This document shows positions 27,342-37,808 of a DNA stretch of 64,000 nt, one piece after another. A program made the translations under genes and the position numbers. This stretch comes from Treponema sp. (lineage in GTDB: Bacteria; Spirochaetota; Spirochaetia; Treponematales; Treponemataceae). The DNA lies in assembly GCA_017934745.1 (NCBI GenBank), contig JAGBIY010000030.1:2244-66243 (forward strand), given 5' to 3'. The notes under the pieces were generated by a model. The model worked only from the letters and a program-made list of their open reading frames with translations, did no database searches and was not told where the DNA came from. Within the stretch, counting starts at the first letter, position 1; each line of letters begins with the position of its first letter.

Positions 27342-30296
27342 CTATTTTGAAGTCATTGTGTAGACGCCGTCCCACTCGCCCCTGATTCCGTTCTTGAGGA
27401 AATCGGCGCACCTGTTCATGAAGACCTTGGACGACTCGTCCTCCGGGTAGAGCTCGTTGGCCTTCTTGTAGAGGGCGTAGGCCTTCTTGAAGTCCTCGGG
27501 GTCCTTCGACTCGCCCGGGGTGTCCGAGCCTTTCATGTACCACTTCATTCCCTCGTTGAAAGTCTCGGCGGCTTTCACGCGCTCAGGCGGCAGCTCGTCT
27601 CGAAGCCCAAGGATATTCACGATTCTGACAGGCCTCTTCACGTTCACGACGCGGACGGCATCGAAGAACCTGGCCACGAGTTTTCCCTTGTTCTCGCCCG
27701 AATCCGCGCTCCGCCAAGTGCTCTCGCTCACCATTATCCAAGAGCCGTACACTTTGTTTGTGCCCTCAAGGCGCGAGGCGAGGTTCACGTTGTTTCCCAT
27801 AATCGTGTAGTTCAATTTCTTGTCGGTTCCCATGTTTCCTACGACCATGTTTCCGGTGTTCAAACCGACCCTGGAATGCAAGTAGAAAGGCTCCCCTGTC
27901 TGCGGATTTATCGGGAGAGAATCCTTGTGCTCGTCGTTGTACTTCGACTCGGCCTGCAGCATCCTGATTCCGGCCACGCAGGCGTTGTACGCGTTGTTCT
28001 CGTCATGAATCGGCGCGCCGAAGAACGACACGATTTCGTCGCCGACGTACTTGTCGATTGTGCCGCCCTCGGCCATGATTGCGTCGCTCAATACTCCGAG
28101 GTACTCGTTCAGGACGGCGACGAGACGCTCCGCACCCTTCGCGGCGCCGAGCATCTCCACTTCCTCGTCGGACTTCCGCTCGTCTTCTGGAAGAGAGGCG
28201 TTCTCTTCTTTCACGCGCTTCCGCTCCTCGTTGTTGATGACCTCGGTGAATCCAGAGAACGTCTTCACATCCGAGAAGAGTGCCGTAATCCTGTCGGTTT
28301 TTCCGCCGAGGCGGGCCACGTCCGGATTCTTCACGATTTCGTTGACGACTTCGGGCGAAACATACGCTCCGAAAGTGTTCTTCAAGAAAGCCTTGTCCTT
28401 CTCCGCCGACATCAAGCGGAAAGCGGTGACGACAAGGAATGAGATTCCAGAAATCAGAATCGGGGTGACGGAAGGAAGATAACAGCGTTTGAACATCATC
28501 AAGAGAACAGGAATCAAGACGATGATGAACAAAAGGACGACACCGAACAGGATTTGAATCCAGGCGTTCTTGGAAGGGGCGAACCCGACAAGCAACATTG
28601 AAAGAATTCCTGCGAGCAGGACACCCCACTTCCAATCGAGAGGAACGATGAACTCGCCCGTCAGAATCGTGTTGTAGACATTCGCGTGCAAGCCGACGTT
28701 CGGATATGAGCGGGAGAAAGGATTGGTGCCCAAATCGGTCGTTCCGCTCGCGGTGTTTCCGATTATGCAGAAAGCGTTCTTCAATACAGATTTGGCTTCC
28801 GCGAATTTCTCAATGTAGTCTTTTACATCGCTCTTCAGGATATCGAAATCCTCAACGAGGAATGTCGTTATTTCAGCCGCGACATTCTCATCAAAGAATT
28901 CCGCATTGTCGTTCAAAAAAGCCTCGACCTCCGCCAGCTCCTTGCCTTTGTAGTCATTCGCGAAATCAAAGACCTTGGAGAAGAAACTGGTCCGCAAGGA
29001 AAAATACTCGTCGTAGACCTCCTTTGCTATTCCGCCGGAAATGGCAGTCCCCGAAGCGTCGAAGCCCTCGCAGATTGAAAGAAGATATTCCTTGTAGGCC
29101 AGAATGTCCTTGTAGTCGGAGCAGAGGGCGGCGGCCTTTTCCCTGTATGACACAGAATCGGAACCGGTCCACTCGGTCTCGGCAAGCTCCGTCAAAGTCT
29201 TATAGATGTTCTGCTCGTAATCATCCAGCTGGTTTATAAGGAAGAAAGACTCGTGCCTGAAGGAATCGTTGTAGTCGGCATTTTTCCAGTTGACCAGCAT
29301 CCTTCCCTCGTCGTCCAAAGGAATCGATATGTCTCTCTTGGTCCATGCAAATATCTCGCCGGCCGAATTCATCTCCGGCACGCTGCCTCCGATTACATCG
29401 AGCGAATGCGGCTTCCTGACGATTTTCTCGGGCTGAATCATTCCCAAAAGCGGAGCCAAAACCAGCTGCGCCACGCAACCGTCCCCCTTGAAGCTCAAAA
29501 GTTCGACCCGCCTTCTGCTTCCGTCGGAATCGATGAAGGAATTGGTGAAACCGGCACCGCTCGCCCTCGAAATGAAGAGGTTCATGGTGGGGGAAAGCTC
29601 GTTCACATAGTCGTTGGTGATTGCGTTTTTGTTGAAGTTGACAAAATCAATTGAATTCAAGCTCCTCTTTTCAAAGAACGACTTGTTCTCTCTGTCGAAC
29701 AAGGTCTGGATGTTGCCCTTCAAAACCAGATTCCGAGAATCATCGACATCGTAAAGAAAACGTGACTTCACATATGAGATGTCATCTTCTGAATACTCCG
29801 CAAGATAATCGGCGTTTATCGTGAGCCATGAGTTCCCGAAAAACTGAATCGACCGGGCGAAATAGTCATCGTAGTTTACGAATATAGAATCCTTTACGGC
29901 ATTGAAGAACGCCTCGGAATCGAAATTCAAGTCGGCACTGCTCTTATAAGAATCCGCAAGGGACTTTTCCCAGCCAGGCCTGACGCTTGAATTTGACGGA
30001 GAAAGATACTCGATATCGAACACGGACGCGAAAGCCTCAAGCTCCCTCAGCCTGACCAGCATGTCAGCGTAGACTTTCCGGCTCCACGGCCACGCTCCAA
30101 GCTTGTCCAAAGAATAGTCGTCTATGTCCACAAGCACGACTTCGTTTCTGGTGGGAGCGTCCTTCTTGAAGCCAAGAAGAAGGTCATAAAGCCTGAAATC
30201 CAATTTCTGGAAAATCCCGAAATACGACGCGCATCCCATCAGCAGGATGACGACCAACACTATAATTTTGTCGATTATCTTTTTTGAATTCACCAT
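27342..30296 (-). CDS. CHASE2-domain class III adenylate/guanylate cyclase
   Basis: LVDIDDYSL...WPWSR (CHASE2), three TM segments, FSDVKTFS, IDKYVGDEIVSFFGAP, YTIMGNNVNLASRLEG; C-terminal TPR-like helices. Confidence 0.93.
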   Translation of the reverse strand: MVNSKKIIDKIIVLVVILLMGCASYFGIFQKLDFRLYDLLLGFKKDAPTRNEVVLVDIDDYSLDKLGAWPWSRKVYADMLVRLRELEAFASVFDIEYLSPSNSSVRPGWEKSLADSYKSSADLNFDSEAFFNAVKDSIFVNYDDYFARSIQFFGNSWLTINADYLAEYSEDDISYVKSRFLYDVDDSRNLVLKGNIQTLFDRENKSFFEKRSLNSIDFVNFNKNAITNDYVNELSPTMNLFISRASGAGFTNSFIDSDGSRRRVELLSFKGDGCVAQLVLAPLLGMIQPEKIVRKPHSLDVIGGSVPEMNSAGEIFAWTKRDISIPLDDEGRMLVNWKNADYNDSFRHESFFLINQLDDYEQNIYKTLTELAETEWTGSDSVSYREKAAALCSDYKDILAYKEYLLSICEGFDASGTAISGGIAKEVYDEYFSLRTSFFSKVFDFANDYKGKELAEVEAFLNDNAEFFDENVAAEITTFLVEDFDILKSDVKDYIEKFAEAKSVLKNAFCIIGNTASGTTDLGTNPFSRSYPNVGLHANVYNTILTGEFIVPLDWKWGVLLAGILSMLLVGFAPSKNAWIQILFGVVLLFIIVLIPVLLMMFKRCYLPSVTPILISGISFLVVTAFRLMSAEKDKAFLKNTFGAYVSPEVVNEIVKNPDVARLGGKTDRITALFSDVKTFSGFTEVINNEERKRVKEENASLPEDERKSDEEVEMLGAAKGAERLVAVLNEYLGVLSDAIMAEGGTIDKYVGDEIVSFFGAPIHDENNAYNACVAGIRMLQAESKYNDEHKDSLPINPQTGEPFYLHSRVGLNTGNMVVGNMGTDKKLNYTIMGNNVNLASRLEGTNKVYGSWIMVSESTWRSADSGENKGKLVARFFDAVRVVNVKRPVRIVNILGLRDELPPERVKAAETFNEGMKWYMKGSDTPGESKDPEDFKKAYALYKKANELYPEDESSKVFMNRCADFLKNGIRGEWDGVYTMTSK

Positions 30297-30369
30297 GACA
30301 AAAATTATATCACACTGTATAATTTCTTTTTAAGAAAAATTCCACGATGATGCGAATGGGGAAGACAAA

Positions 30370-30813
30370 ATGAAAAAAATCATGATGGCAGCGGCGTTTG
30401 CGTTGGCGACCGTTTTTGCGGCGAACGCCCAAAGCGCAGAGAAACTGACCGAGATTCTCGACGCAAGCGAAGTGAGTCTCGCGCAACTCTCATACATTGC
30501 AGGAACGTGCGGGTTCAACCTTCCAGACAATTCAAACTACACGACAGCATTCGAAGAGATGAAGAGAAGAGGATATTTCGGGCAAAACGCGAAGGAAAGC
30601 GACAAGGCGACTTTGGCGCAGGCTTCGTACTTGTTCATGAAGGCCACTAAAATAGACGGCGGCCTGATGTACAGAATAACGGATTCTCCGCGATACGCAT
30701 TCAAGGAATTGAAGGCGCGCGGGATAATACCGCAGACGGCAGAAGCGTCACTCAAGTTTTCAGGGCACGAGGCTCTCGATCTACTCAACAGCTGCATCGC
30801 AGAATCAAAATAA
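30370..30813 (+). CDS. Exported hypothetical protein (SLH-like helical domain)
   Basis: Signal peptide ending ANA-Q; KELKARGII and GHEAL motifs; first gene of a divergent operon. Confidence 0.7.
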   Translation: MKKIMMAAAFALATVFAANAQSAEKLTEILDASEVSLAQLSYIAGTCGFNLPDNSNYTTAFEEMKRRGYFGQNAKESDKATLAQASYLFMKATKIDGGLMYRITDSPRYAFKELKARGIIPQTAEASLKFSGHEALDLLNSCIAESK

Positions 30814-30825
30814 CGGAGCAGGACA

Positions 30826-32052
30826 ATGGCATTCATCACATCCATCAAGAGGACAATCGCATTTGCGACAACGGCGGCTCTCGCGGCATCATCGATGTTC
30901 GCGGTCGAATGGGGCGGACTTGTCGGCGGCGACGGAAAATTCTACAACAACTCGGAAAAATTCAAGGGAGGCGACAATCCCACAATAGAAGCGACCGCCG
31001 ACGCGTCTCTCTGGCTCAGGATTCCGTTCAGCGCATCCGGGGAAAACTACCTCATCACCGAAGGAAAATACGAATTCGAGCACGACCACAACATCGACGG
31101 AAGAGACGAGAGCGACAACACGCAGTACCTTGACCTGTCGCTCTTCAAGCTCGTCTTCCTCAAGCACTTGTCGACGGGCGACAGCGCGAAGGAGATTTCG
31201 CTCTCGCTCGGACGGTTCTACCTTTCAGACCTGTCAGGGAAAATTTTCACGCAGAACGCAGACGGACTCCTCGCGAAATACAACTCGACATTCCTTGGAC
31301 TTTCGCTTTACGGCTCATACACGGGTCTCTTGAACGGAAGGGCCGTCTCGATGCTCTCGTGCGAAGACGAAAACACATACCACGAAGACAACGACAAGCT
31401 CTACGAGTTCGCCGAGAGATACGTTGTCGGAAGCGTTTCCGCCTCGCTCAACAACCTGTTTCTGAACCAGACTCTCTGCCTCGAAGGGTTCGGCACGTTC
31501 AGGGCGGAAGGCGAAAGCTACAACAGAATGTACGGAACGCTCTCGATTTCCGGTCCAGCGTTCGCAAACACATACTACAGCGTCTCGTCGACGCTCGGAT
31601 ACACGGCATACGACGGAGACGACGACAAAATCAAGACCGGGGTCGGAAACATGACGACCGGAAGGATAGCGTACTTCACTTCGTTCAAGGACGCCACGTT
31701 CGGGCTTTCGGGACTTTTCGCATCCGACAAGTTCACCGGATTCACATCGAACACGGCGATACAGGCGCAGAACGAAGAGCAGGTGTCGGGAATCCTTCTC
31801 GCAGGCCCGTTCGGCACTATAAAACCGACAGAAAGCGTCCTCGTCAACGCGTCCGCGGAAATCGCGTGCGACAGCCACAGGGGCGACGAGAAAGACTCGT
31901 TCGGATTGGCCGGAATGCAGTTCAAAGGCGGAATCGCGTACCAGCCGTTCTCCGACTTGAGCCTCAAGTTCTCCGCGGTGCAGTTCATCGACTTCGACGA
32001 ATCAGAGAACAACAAGACGACACTGGAGCTTGCGGCCGCGCTCACATTCTGA
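30826..32052 (+). CDS. Putative outer-membrane beta-barrel protein
   Basis: Signal peptide, many amphipathic strands, C-terminal TLELAAALTF. Confidence 0.7.
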   Translation: MAFITSIKRTIAFATTAALAASSMFAVEWGGLVGGDGKFYNNSEKFKGGDNPTIEATADASLWLRIPFSASGENYLITEGKYEFEHDHNIDGRDESDNTQYLDLSLFKLVFLKHLSTGDSAKEISLSLGRFYLSDLSGKIFTQNADGLLAKYNSTFLGLSLYGSYTGLLNGRAVSMLSCEDENTYHEDNDKLYEFAERYVVGSVSASLNNLFLNQTLCLEGFGTFRAEGESYNRMYGTLSISGPAFANTYYSVSSTLGYTAYDGDDDKIKTGVGNMTTGRIAYFTSFKDATFGLSGLFASDKFTGFTSNTAIQAQNEEQVSGILLAGPFGTIKPTESVLVNASAEIACDSHRGDEKDSFGLAGMQFKGGIAYQPFSDLSLKFSAVQFIDFDESENNKTTLELAAALTF

Positions 32053-32131
32053 TTTTTTTGGCGCGCAAGCCTTGATGGACTGAAATTTTCCCGGTTTGCG
32101 TGTAGAATCAAAATAATTTACGGAGGAAAAA

Positions 32132-32980
32132 ATGAAAGCATCAATCAAGACATTCTTCTTGGCATCATTTGTCGCCGCGTTCGGAATTTCGTCAGTCATG
32201 GCGGAAAGCGAGCAGATGCAGGCCATCGTCGAAAAAGCTTCAGGAAAAGTCGAAGTCCAAGACAGGACTGACCCGACAAAATGGCTTCCCCTCTCGGCAG
32301 GAACTCCCCTCGACAAAGGAGCGGTAATCCAGACGGGCTTCAAGTCAGAGCTTGTCCTCAAGATAAAGAACTCGAAAGTGTCGGTCGCTCCGCTCACAAG
32401 AATCACGCTGGAGCAGCTCGTGTCGAAGGACAAGAAGGACGAAACAAGAATCTATCTGGACACAGGCTCCATCAAGTCGAACGTGAAGAAGACGGAGGAC
32501 AGGGCGGTCGGCTTCAAGGTACGCTCCCCGGTGGCGACGGCCTCCGTGCGAGGAACCGAGCTTGAAGTCAGCAACAAATTCAGGGCGACAGACGTGAAGA
32601 CATATTCAGGTTCTGTCGCGGTGTGGAAGTCGAGCAACAAGGGGGCGCAGGTCGCCACAAAGGCAGAGGACGACGCACCGGCGTTCATTCCGACCGCAGG
32701 GAATTCAGTAGGCGCAATCACGGACGGCGCACCGCTCGGAGCGTTCACCGTAACAAAAGGCCAGACGGCGGGATTCTCAAGCGATGGAACCGTGGCATCC
32801 GCCGCGAGCAACGCCACAAGAACCGCGACATCGTTCAGCGCGACGACAAGCGCGAGCGAATCAGAGGCGACTTCATCGTCCGCGGCGAGCGGCTCCACGG
32901 CAACAAAAACCGACGTACAAAAAGCTACACCTTCACCAGCGAAAGGAAGCGTCTCGATTTCAGTCGAATGGGACGACTGA
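32132..32980 (+). CDS. FecR-domain periplasmic protein
   Basis: IQTGFKSELVL, IYLDTGSI, FKVRSPVATASVRGTE, Ser/Thr/Ala-rich linker, C-terminal SVSISVEWDD strand. Confidence 0.85.
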   Translation: MKASIKTFFLASFVAAFGISSVMAESEQMQAIVEKASGKVEVQDRTDPTKWLPLSAGTPLDKGAVIQTGFKSELVLKIKNSKVSVAPLTRITLEQLVSKDKKDETRIYLDTGSIKSNVKKTEDRAVGFKVRSPVATASVRGTELEVSNKFRATDVKTYSGSVAVWKSSNKGAQVATKAEDDAPAFIPTAGNSVGAITDGAPLGAFTVTKGQTAGFSSDGTVASAASNATRTATSFSATTSASESEATSSSAASGSTATKTDVQKATPSPAKGSVSISVEWDD

Positions 32981-33054
32981 CGGATATACAATGGATTTCG
33001 GACCCGGCATCCGCAAAAGGATGTCGGGCATTTTTATTTTTGACAGCGAAGACA

Positions 33055-33831
33055 ATGAAGAAAAATACTATTTTTGCGGTTGCCATCATGGCAGCGTTGT
33101 TGGCGGCGTTTGCGGGATGCAAAAAAAGCCAGGAAAAAAAGACACGGCCGGAGAACATGAGCCTTCCACCGAGCTTGCGGAAACTTGACGAAAGCGACGT
33201 GGGCTACATAGAGGGAAAGTCGATTGTCATTGTCCTCGGATACGGATTCAACGAAGCCACCACCGTCGAAAAGATAAAGGCAGATTTGGATTCGGAATTT
33301 TCATTGAAGAAAGACGACGAAGGCGGATTCGTGTCGGTCTACGTATTTCCAGACGACTTCATGAGCGGAAAATACGAGCGCATATCAAAAATCGAATCAT
33401 ACATCAAGGACAACGAGGAATTGGCGGGATTGGTAATCTTCGGCGCTCCTGAAAAGACGAACAAGACACTGGCAGAAATGATGGACGAGCAGGAAAGCGG
33501 AAGATTCCCGTTCCCTGTCGTATCGTTCTTCCCACAGGACGACATTCTCGGAACGCAGTACACGTCGGACTTGGTGATAGACTATTCAGGGAATTCGGAG
33601 TCATCGGAGGATTTGGAGAACGAAACCGTCCATGTCATTCCCAATTTCGACACAGCGAAGGCCATCTCAAGGACGATATTGGCGATGATAAGGAACAAAG
33701 GTCCGTTCGAGACGAACGACGCCCTCATCGACACGGCAAAGGAGATAATCGGAGAGGGCCACTCGGTTTCCCGGTATGTCGACTCTGAAACTCAGATACC
33801 GGCGATGAACCATTTTACATTCGAAAACTGA
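33055..33831 (+). CDS. Lipoprotein of unknown function
   Basis: MKKNTIFAVAIMAALLAAFAGC lipobox; start moved from ORF-track 32623. Confidence 0.75.
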   Translation: MKKNTIFAVAIMAALLAAFAGCKKSQEKKTRPENMSLPPSLRKLDESDVGYIEGKSIVIVLGYGFNEATTVEKIKADLDSEFSLKKDDEGGFVSVYVFPDDFMSGKYERISKIESYIKDNEELAGLVIFGAPEKTNKTLAEMMDEQESGRFPFPVVSFFPQDDILGTQYTSDLVIDYSGNSESSEDLENETVHVIPNFDTAKAISRTILAMIRNKGPFETNDALIDTAKEIIGEGHSVSRYVDSETQIPAMNHFTFEN

Positions 33832-33834
33832 TAA

Positions 33835-34557
33835 ATGAGAAATTTTGAGCAACTTCCAAATTTGATGATTGCGGACGATGAATCTGTAGCGGATTTCGCC
33901 GAAAAAGATTCAGCGCGCATACTCTTGATTTCAGACTCGCACGGAGGAAAAAGCGTGCTTTTCAATATACTTGAGAAGTACGGAAAAGAATCGGATGCGG
34001 TGTGCTTCTGCGGAGACGGAATGCCGGACTTGCTGGGAGTCATCGAAGACTTCAGGAACATCGACGGCTACGAAGAGCGCATTCCCAAGCTCGTGGTCTT
34101 CGTGCAGGGAAACGGAGACTACGCAAACTACCAGCTCGTGACGGACGACAGGCACGCGATAACGGTTCCGCAGCAGACAGAATTCAAGGCGGCAGGGAAA
34201 AAGGTGATGATGACGCACGGCCACAGGTACAACGTCTACATCGGAACAAAAGAACTGAAAGCGGAGGCGGAGCGGATTGGAGCCGACATCGTGTTCTACG
34301 GGCACACGCACATAGCGAACGCCCAAACGAAGACGAATTCGCAGACGAAATCGAAGATATCGCTGCTGAATCCAGGAAGCTGCTCGCTGCCGAGAGGCGG
34401 CCTGCCCCACACGTTCGCCATCGTTACAATCGAAAAATCGGCGGCGGACAACTCGGCCGTGAAATTCGACTATTTCGAAATCAAATGGAACAAAGAAGGC
34501 GACATGGAATTCTCCCCCTTCGTGCCACCGTCCAAGGAAGTCAATCTTTTTTGGTGA
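33835..34557 (+). CDS. YfcE/MJ0936-family metallophosphoesterase
   Basis: ISDSHG, FCGD, VQGNGD, MTHGH, FYGHTH, NPGS. Confidence 0.9.
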   Translation: MRNFEQLPNLMIADDESVADFAEKDSARILLISDSHGGKSVLFNILEKYGKESDAVCFCGDGMPDLLGVIEDFRNIDGYEERIPKLVVFVQGNGDYANYQLVTDDRHAITVPQQTEFKAAGKKVMMTHGHRYNVYIGTKELKAEAERIGADIVFYGHTHIANAQTKTNSQTKSKISLLNPGSCSLPRGGLPHTFAIVTIEKSAADNSAVKFDYFEIKWNKEGDMEFSPFVPPSKEVNLFW

Positions 34558-35230
34558 ACCCGAACCTGTCGTGTCCGGGGAAAACCCTCACGTCGTCGTC
34601 TATCTCATAGAGAATCGAAGCCAGACTTTTCTGAATATCATCCTCGTTTCCTCCCGGAAGGTCGGTTCTGCCCCAAGAACGGTAAAAGAAAGTGTCGCCA
34701 GAGACAAGCACCTTTTCGACCTTGTTGAGCAGGCAGACGCTCCCCCTTGTGTGTCCGGGAGTGTGCATCACGAGCCACCGTCCGAGAGCCGCCGCGGTGT
34801 CTTCATCAAGCCCGGCCGGCCCGCCCATGCATTCGAGAAGAGTCTTTCCGTCCTGCAGAAAAGCCGTCTGGGAAGGAAGTTCCGACACATAAGGCAAAAA
34901 TTCACCGAAGCCCATGCAGTCGAGGCTCTCGCCTTGGGAAACGGCCGAGTCTGGACCTATCATTTTGGAATCCGAGGCATGTATCAGAACAGGAAGCGAC
35001 GGATATTTTTTCAGAATTGCGGGCAGACCCGAAACATGGTCGAAATGTCCGTGGGTCAGCACGACCGCGACCGGATTCAGGGATTCAGCCTCCAACCTGC
35101 CGAGGACGGAATTTTCATCGCCGGAGTACCGGCATCCGGCCGGATCGACGATGAACACATCATTACCGGAAAGAGGGACGATGAGCGTGTTCACGCGCAA
35201 TGGACCTGTATGGATTACAATCGGCGGCAT
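34541..35230 (-). CDS. MBL-fold hydrolase (glyoxalase II-like)
   Basis: LTHGHFDH, HTPGHTRGS, SGDTFF, FPGH; GGAGG RBS before ATG 35230. Confidence 0.9.
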   Translation of the reverse strand: MPPIVIHTGPLRVNTLIVPLSGNDVFIVDPAGCRYSGDENSVLGRLEAESLNPVAVVLTHGHFDHVSGLPAILKKYPSLPVLIHASDSKMIGPDSAVSQGESLDCMGFGEFLPYVSELPSQTAFLQDGKTLLECMGGPAGLDEDTAAALGRWLVMHTPGHTRGSVCLLNKVEKVLVSGDTFFYRSWGRTDLPGGNEDDIQKSLASILYEIDDDVRVFPGHDRFGFTKKD

Positions 35231-35290
35231 TTTTTCCTCCAACAAAAAAACGGGCCTCGATGAAGCCCGTCCTTGAAAATTTCAAAAAAA

Positions 35291-36094
35291 CTACTGGATG
35301 TCGCTTGTAGATGAAGAGCGAGGTGCCCTCATCGCAAGGATTTCCTCGTCGGAAAGTTCGGTGAAGCTCCTCTCGACGCTCTTCGGCTCAGACACAGGCT
35401 CTGAAACAGGAGTCTCAACAGGAGCCGCCGTCTCGGCCACGGGCGAAGACACCGGAGGCTCAGAAACTGTCTCGGAAGTCTCGGCTGAAGTCTCAGAAAC
35501 TCCGTTCTCGCTCTCGACGCCCCTCTGCCTTGAATAGCTGACGCTCAGCTTGCGTCCCCTGTAGTCGTATCCGTTCAGTGCGCTTATCGCCTTGTCCGCG
35601 TCGTCCTTGAAAAGCTGCACGAAAGAATAGTTCGCGTAGACCTTGATGTCGCCGATTCTCTCTTTCTCAAGCCCAGCCACGCTGATGAAAAGGCCCACGA
35701 TGTCCTTCGGGTAGACCCTTCTGTTCTTTCCAACGCCCACAAAAACAGTGGCGGCTACGTCGGAATCGATTTCGATGTGCTGGTAACGCTCGTGCTTGAA
35801 CTCTCGGTTCTCGGAATTCTCAGGACTTTCGCTCTCGCCGTTCCTCTCGAATCTTCTGCGCGGGCGGAATTCATCGCCATTGTCCTTGAATTTGTTGAAG
35901 CGGTAGATGGCACCGCTCGCCTGCTTCAAAATATAGGCGGCAACGAAATTCCTGGTTGTCAATCCGGTCTCTTCCTTGAAAATCTTCTTGTACTCCTCGT
36001 ACTCCTCCGGATGCTCCTTCACCTTCGCCACAGCGTCCTTGAGGAACGCCCTGATCTGCTCTTCTGTCAATTCTTCGTGCTGTCTGAAAGCCAT
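35291..36094 (-). CDS. DbpA RNA-binding-domain protein (no helicase core)
   Basis: VFVGVGKNRRVYPKDIVG...IGDIKVYANYSFVQL...ALNGYDYRGRKLSV. Confidence 0.85.
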   Translation of the reverse strand: MAFRQHEELTEEQIRAFLKDAVAKVKEHPEEYEEYKKIFKEETGLTTRNFVAAYILKQASGAIYRFNKFKDNGDEFRPRRRFERNGESESPENSENREFKHERYQHIEIDSDVAATVFVGVGKNRRVYPKDIVGLFISVAGLEKERIGDIKVYANYSFVQLFKDDADKAISALNGYDYRGRKLSVSYSRQRGVESENGVSETSAETSETVSEPPVSSPVAETAAPVETPVSEPVSEPKSVERSFTELSDEEILAMRAPRSSSTSDIQ

Positions 36095-36124
36095 AATAAA
36101 ACTCCTATGGGGCTTCTTCCCAAA

Positions 36125-37051
36125 TTAAAATCTTGCGACATACGCTGAACGAATTTTCTCAAATCCCAAATCCGTCAATATTCTCTCAAAAGACTCGGGC
36201 ATCAGCGCATCTGCCATAAAAAAAGTTGAAAAACCGCTTTTTCGCAAATCGGAAACGCATTCGGAAACGAGCCTCCGAGCGATTCCAAAACCGCGGTAAT
36301 TCTTGTTCACAAAACAGGTAGTTAGAGTTACTGACTCTCTTGCAACTGTCGGACATCGTGAATCTACTCGGTAAAGGACGCAGCCGACGAAATCCTCTGA
36401 CAAAGTGCGGCAAACAAAACCTCCAGAACCTTCAAGATTCTGTTTTTGTTTCTCATTCCACAAATCCGCGAACAGAAGACCGACATCGCCGGGATTCTCA
36501 CCTTTCAACTCATCTGAAATTTTTCCGCTCTCCTCAAAGACACAATTTCCGTCCGTCGAAAAATCGTACTTTCTGAAAACAAAGTCCTCCAAAAGCAAAC
36601 CGGACTCGAAATCCGCTTCGCCATTTTCAAGGCCCCAGTTTTCCCGGAGCGAAGCGTACCACTCAAGTATCCTCGCCTTCATTTTTCTTTCTTTGAACAA
36701 TCGAAAGCGGCTTTCCAATCCTTGATGGCGCTTTACAACGATTTTGAAATTCTTGAACACCCCCCTTCCATTCGCCAAAACGCCCTTCAGCTCGGATTTT
36801 TCCGGGCACTCCGACAGGCTTTCGGTGAATTCTTCCAGAAGATTGAATCCGTCCGACGAAAACCACCGTGGAAGCGAATACAAGTCATCTGGATTTATTT
36901 TCAAGCCGGCCGATTCAGAATCGGATGAATCAATCTGTGAAAGAGGAACGATGGAAAACGTGTCCGCGTCCGCGACCAATGCGAATTCTTCGTTCTGATT
37001 CTCCATCGCGAACAAAATTTCAGCGATTCTCGATTCGGTCAGCTCAAACAT
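36125..37051 (-). CDS. GNAT N-acetyltransferase with UPF0158-like N-terminus
   Basis: LPRWFSSDGF..LEEF...GRGVFKNFK N-terminal part; FVNKNYRGFGIARRLV acetyl-CoA motif. Confidence 0.8.
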   Translation of the reverse strand: MFELTESRIAEILFAMENQNEEFALVADADTFSIVPLSQIDSSDSESAGLKINPDDLYSLPRWFSSDGFNLLEEFTESLSECPEKSELKGVLANGRGVFKNFKIVVKRHQGLESRFRLFKERKMKARILEWYASLRENWGLENGEADFESGLLLEDFVFRKYDFSTDGNCVFEESGKISDELKGENPGDVGLLFADLWNEKQKQNLEGSGGFVCRTLSEDFVGCVLYRVDSRCPTVARESVTLTTCFVNKNYRGFGIARRLVSECVSDLRKSGFSTFFMADALMPESFERILTDLGFEKIRSAYVARF

Positions 37052-37063
37052 TCTCTACCCGGC

Positions 37064-37663
37064 TCAGCACAAATCACTGCGCTTGGTGATGATTTTAGAA
37101 ATGAGACCGTTTGAACCGTAGGAGACAGCCTCCTCGGCCGTGAGCCAGTGGTCCCTGTCACAGTCGGCGCGAACCTCGCCCTCGGACTTTCCTGTCTCGT
37201 TCGCGATGAGCTTCACGAGCTTGTCCTTTGACTTGGCGATTTCAACAGCCTGAATCTCAAGGTCGGTCGCGACACCGCGGGCGACACCGCCAATCAACGG
37301 CTGGTGGATGAGATAGTGGCTGTTCGGGAGACCGAATCTCCTTTCTTTCGGAGCGGCGAGAAGGATAATAGACCCCATGCTCGCGATGAGTCCAGTTCCG
37401 ATAGTGTAGACAGGCGCGTTGATGAATCGGATCATGTCGTAGATTCCGAATCCGGAATCGATTGAGCCTCCAGGAGAGTCGATGTAGATGTAAATCGGCT
37501 TGTCTGAATCCGCTTCAAGAAGCAAAAGCTGTTTGTTGATTTTCTCCGCGTTCTCTTCGTTGATTTCACCGCTCAAAAGTATCTGACGCGTCTTGAGAAA
37601 TTTCTCTGAAAGCGAATCTTCTTTTTTCTCAGCTTCCTTCTTCCCTTCTTCGTTAAGAATCAT
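37064..37663 (-). CDS. clpP: ATP-dependent Clp protease proteolytic subunit
   Basis: IYIDSPGG, ASMG (catalytic Ser), LIHQP, DRDHWLTAEEAV; AGGAG RBS before ATG 37663. Confidence 0.93.
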   Translation of the reverse strand: MILNEEGKKEAEKKEDSLSEKFLKTRQILLSGEINEENAEKINKQLLLLEADSDKPIYIYIDSPGGSIDSGFGIYDMIRFINAPVYTIGTGLIASMGSIILLAAPKERRFGLPNSHYLIHQPLIGGVARGVATDLEIQAVEIAKSKDKLVKLIANETGKSEGEVRADCDRDHWLTAEEAVSYGSNGLISKIITKRSDLC

Positions 37664-37808
37664 GTGAAGTCTCCTTTTTAAATTTACAAAATTGAAAAAA
37701 ACAAGCGGATTTGAACAGAAAACCCGCTTGTGGACTATTAGAAATATACCCGAAATACCGCCGAATGGCAAAGAAAAAGAAACCGGGCATACCAAAAAAC
37801 GAAAATTT

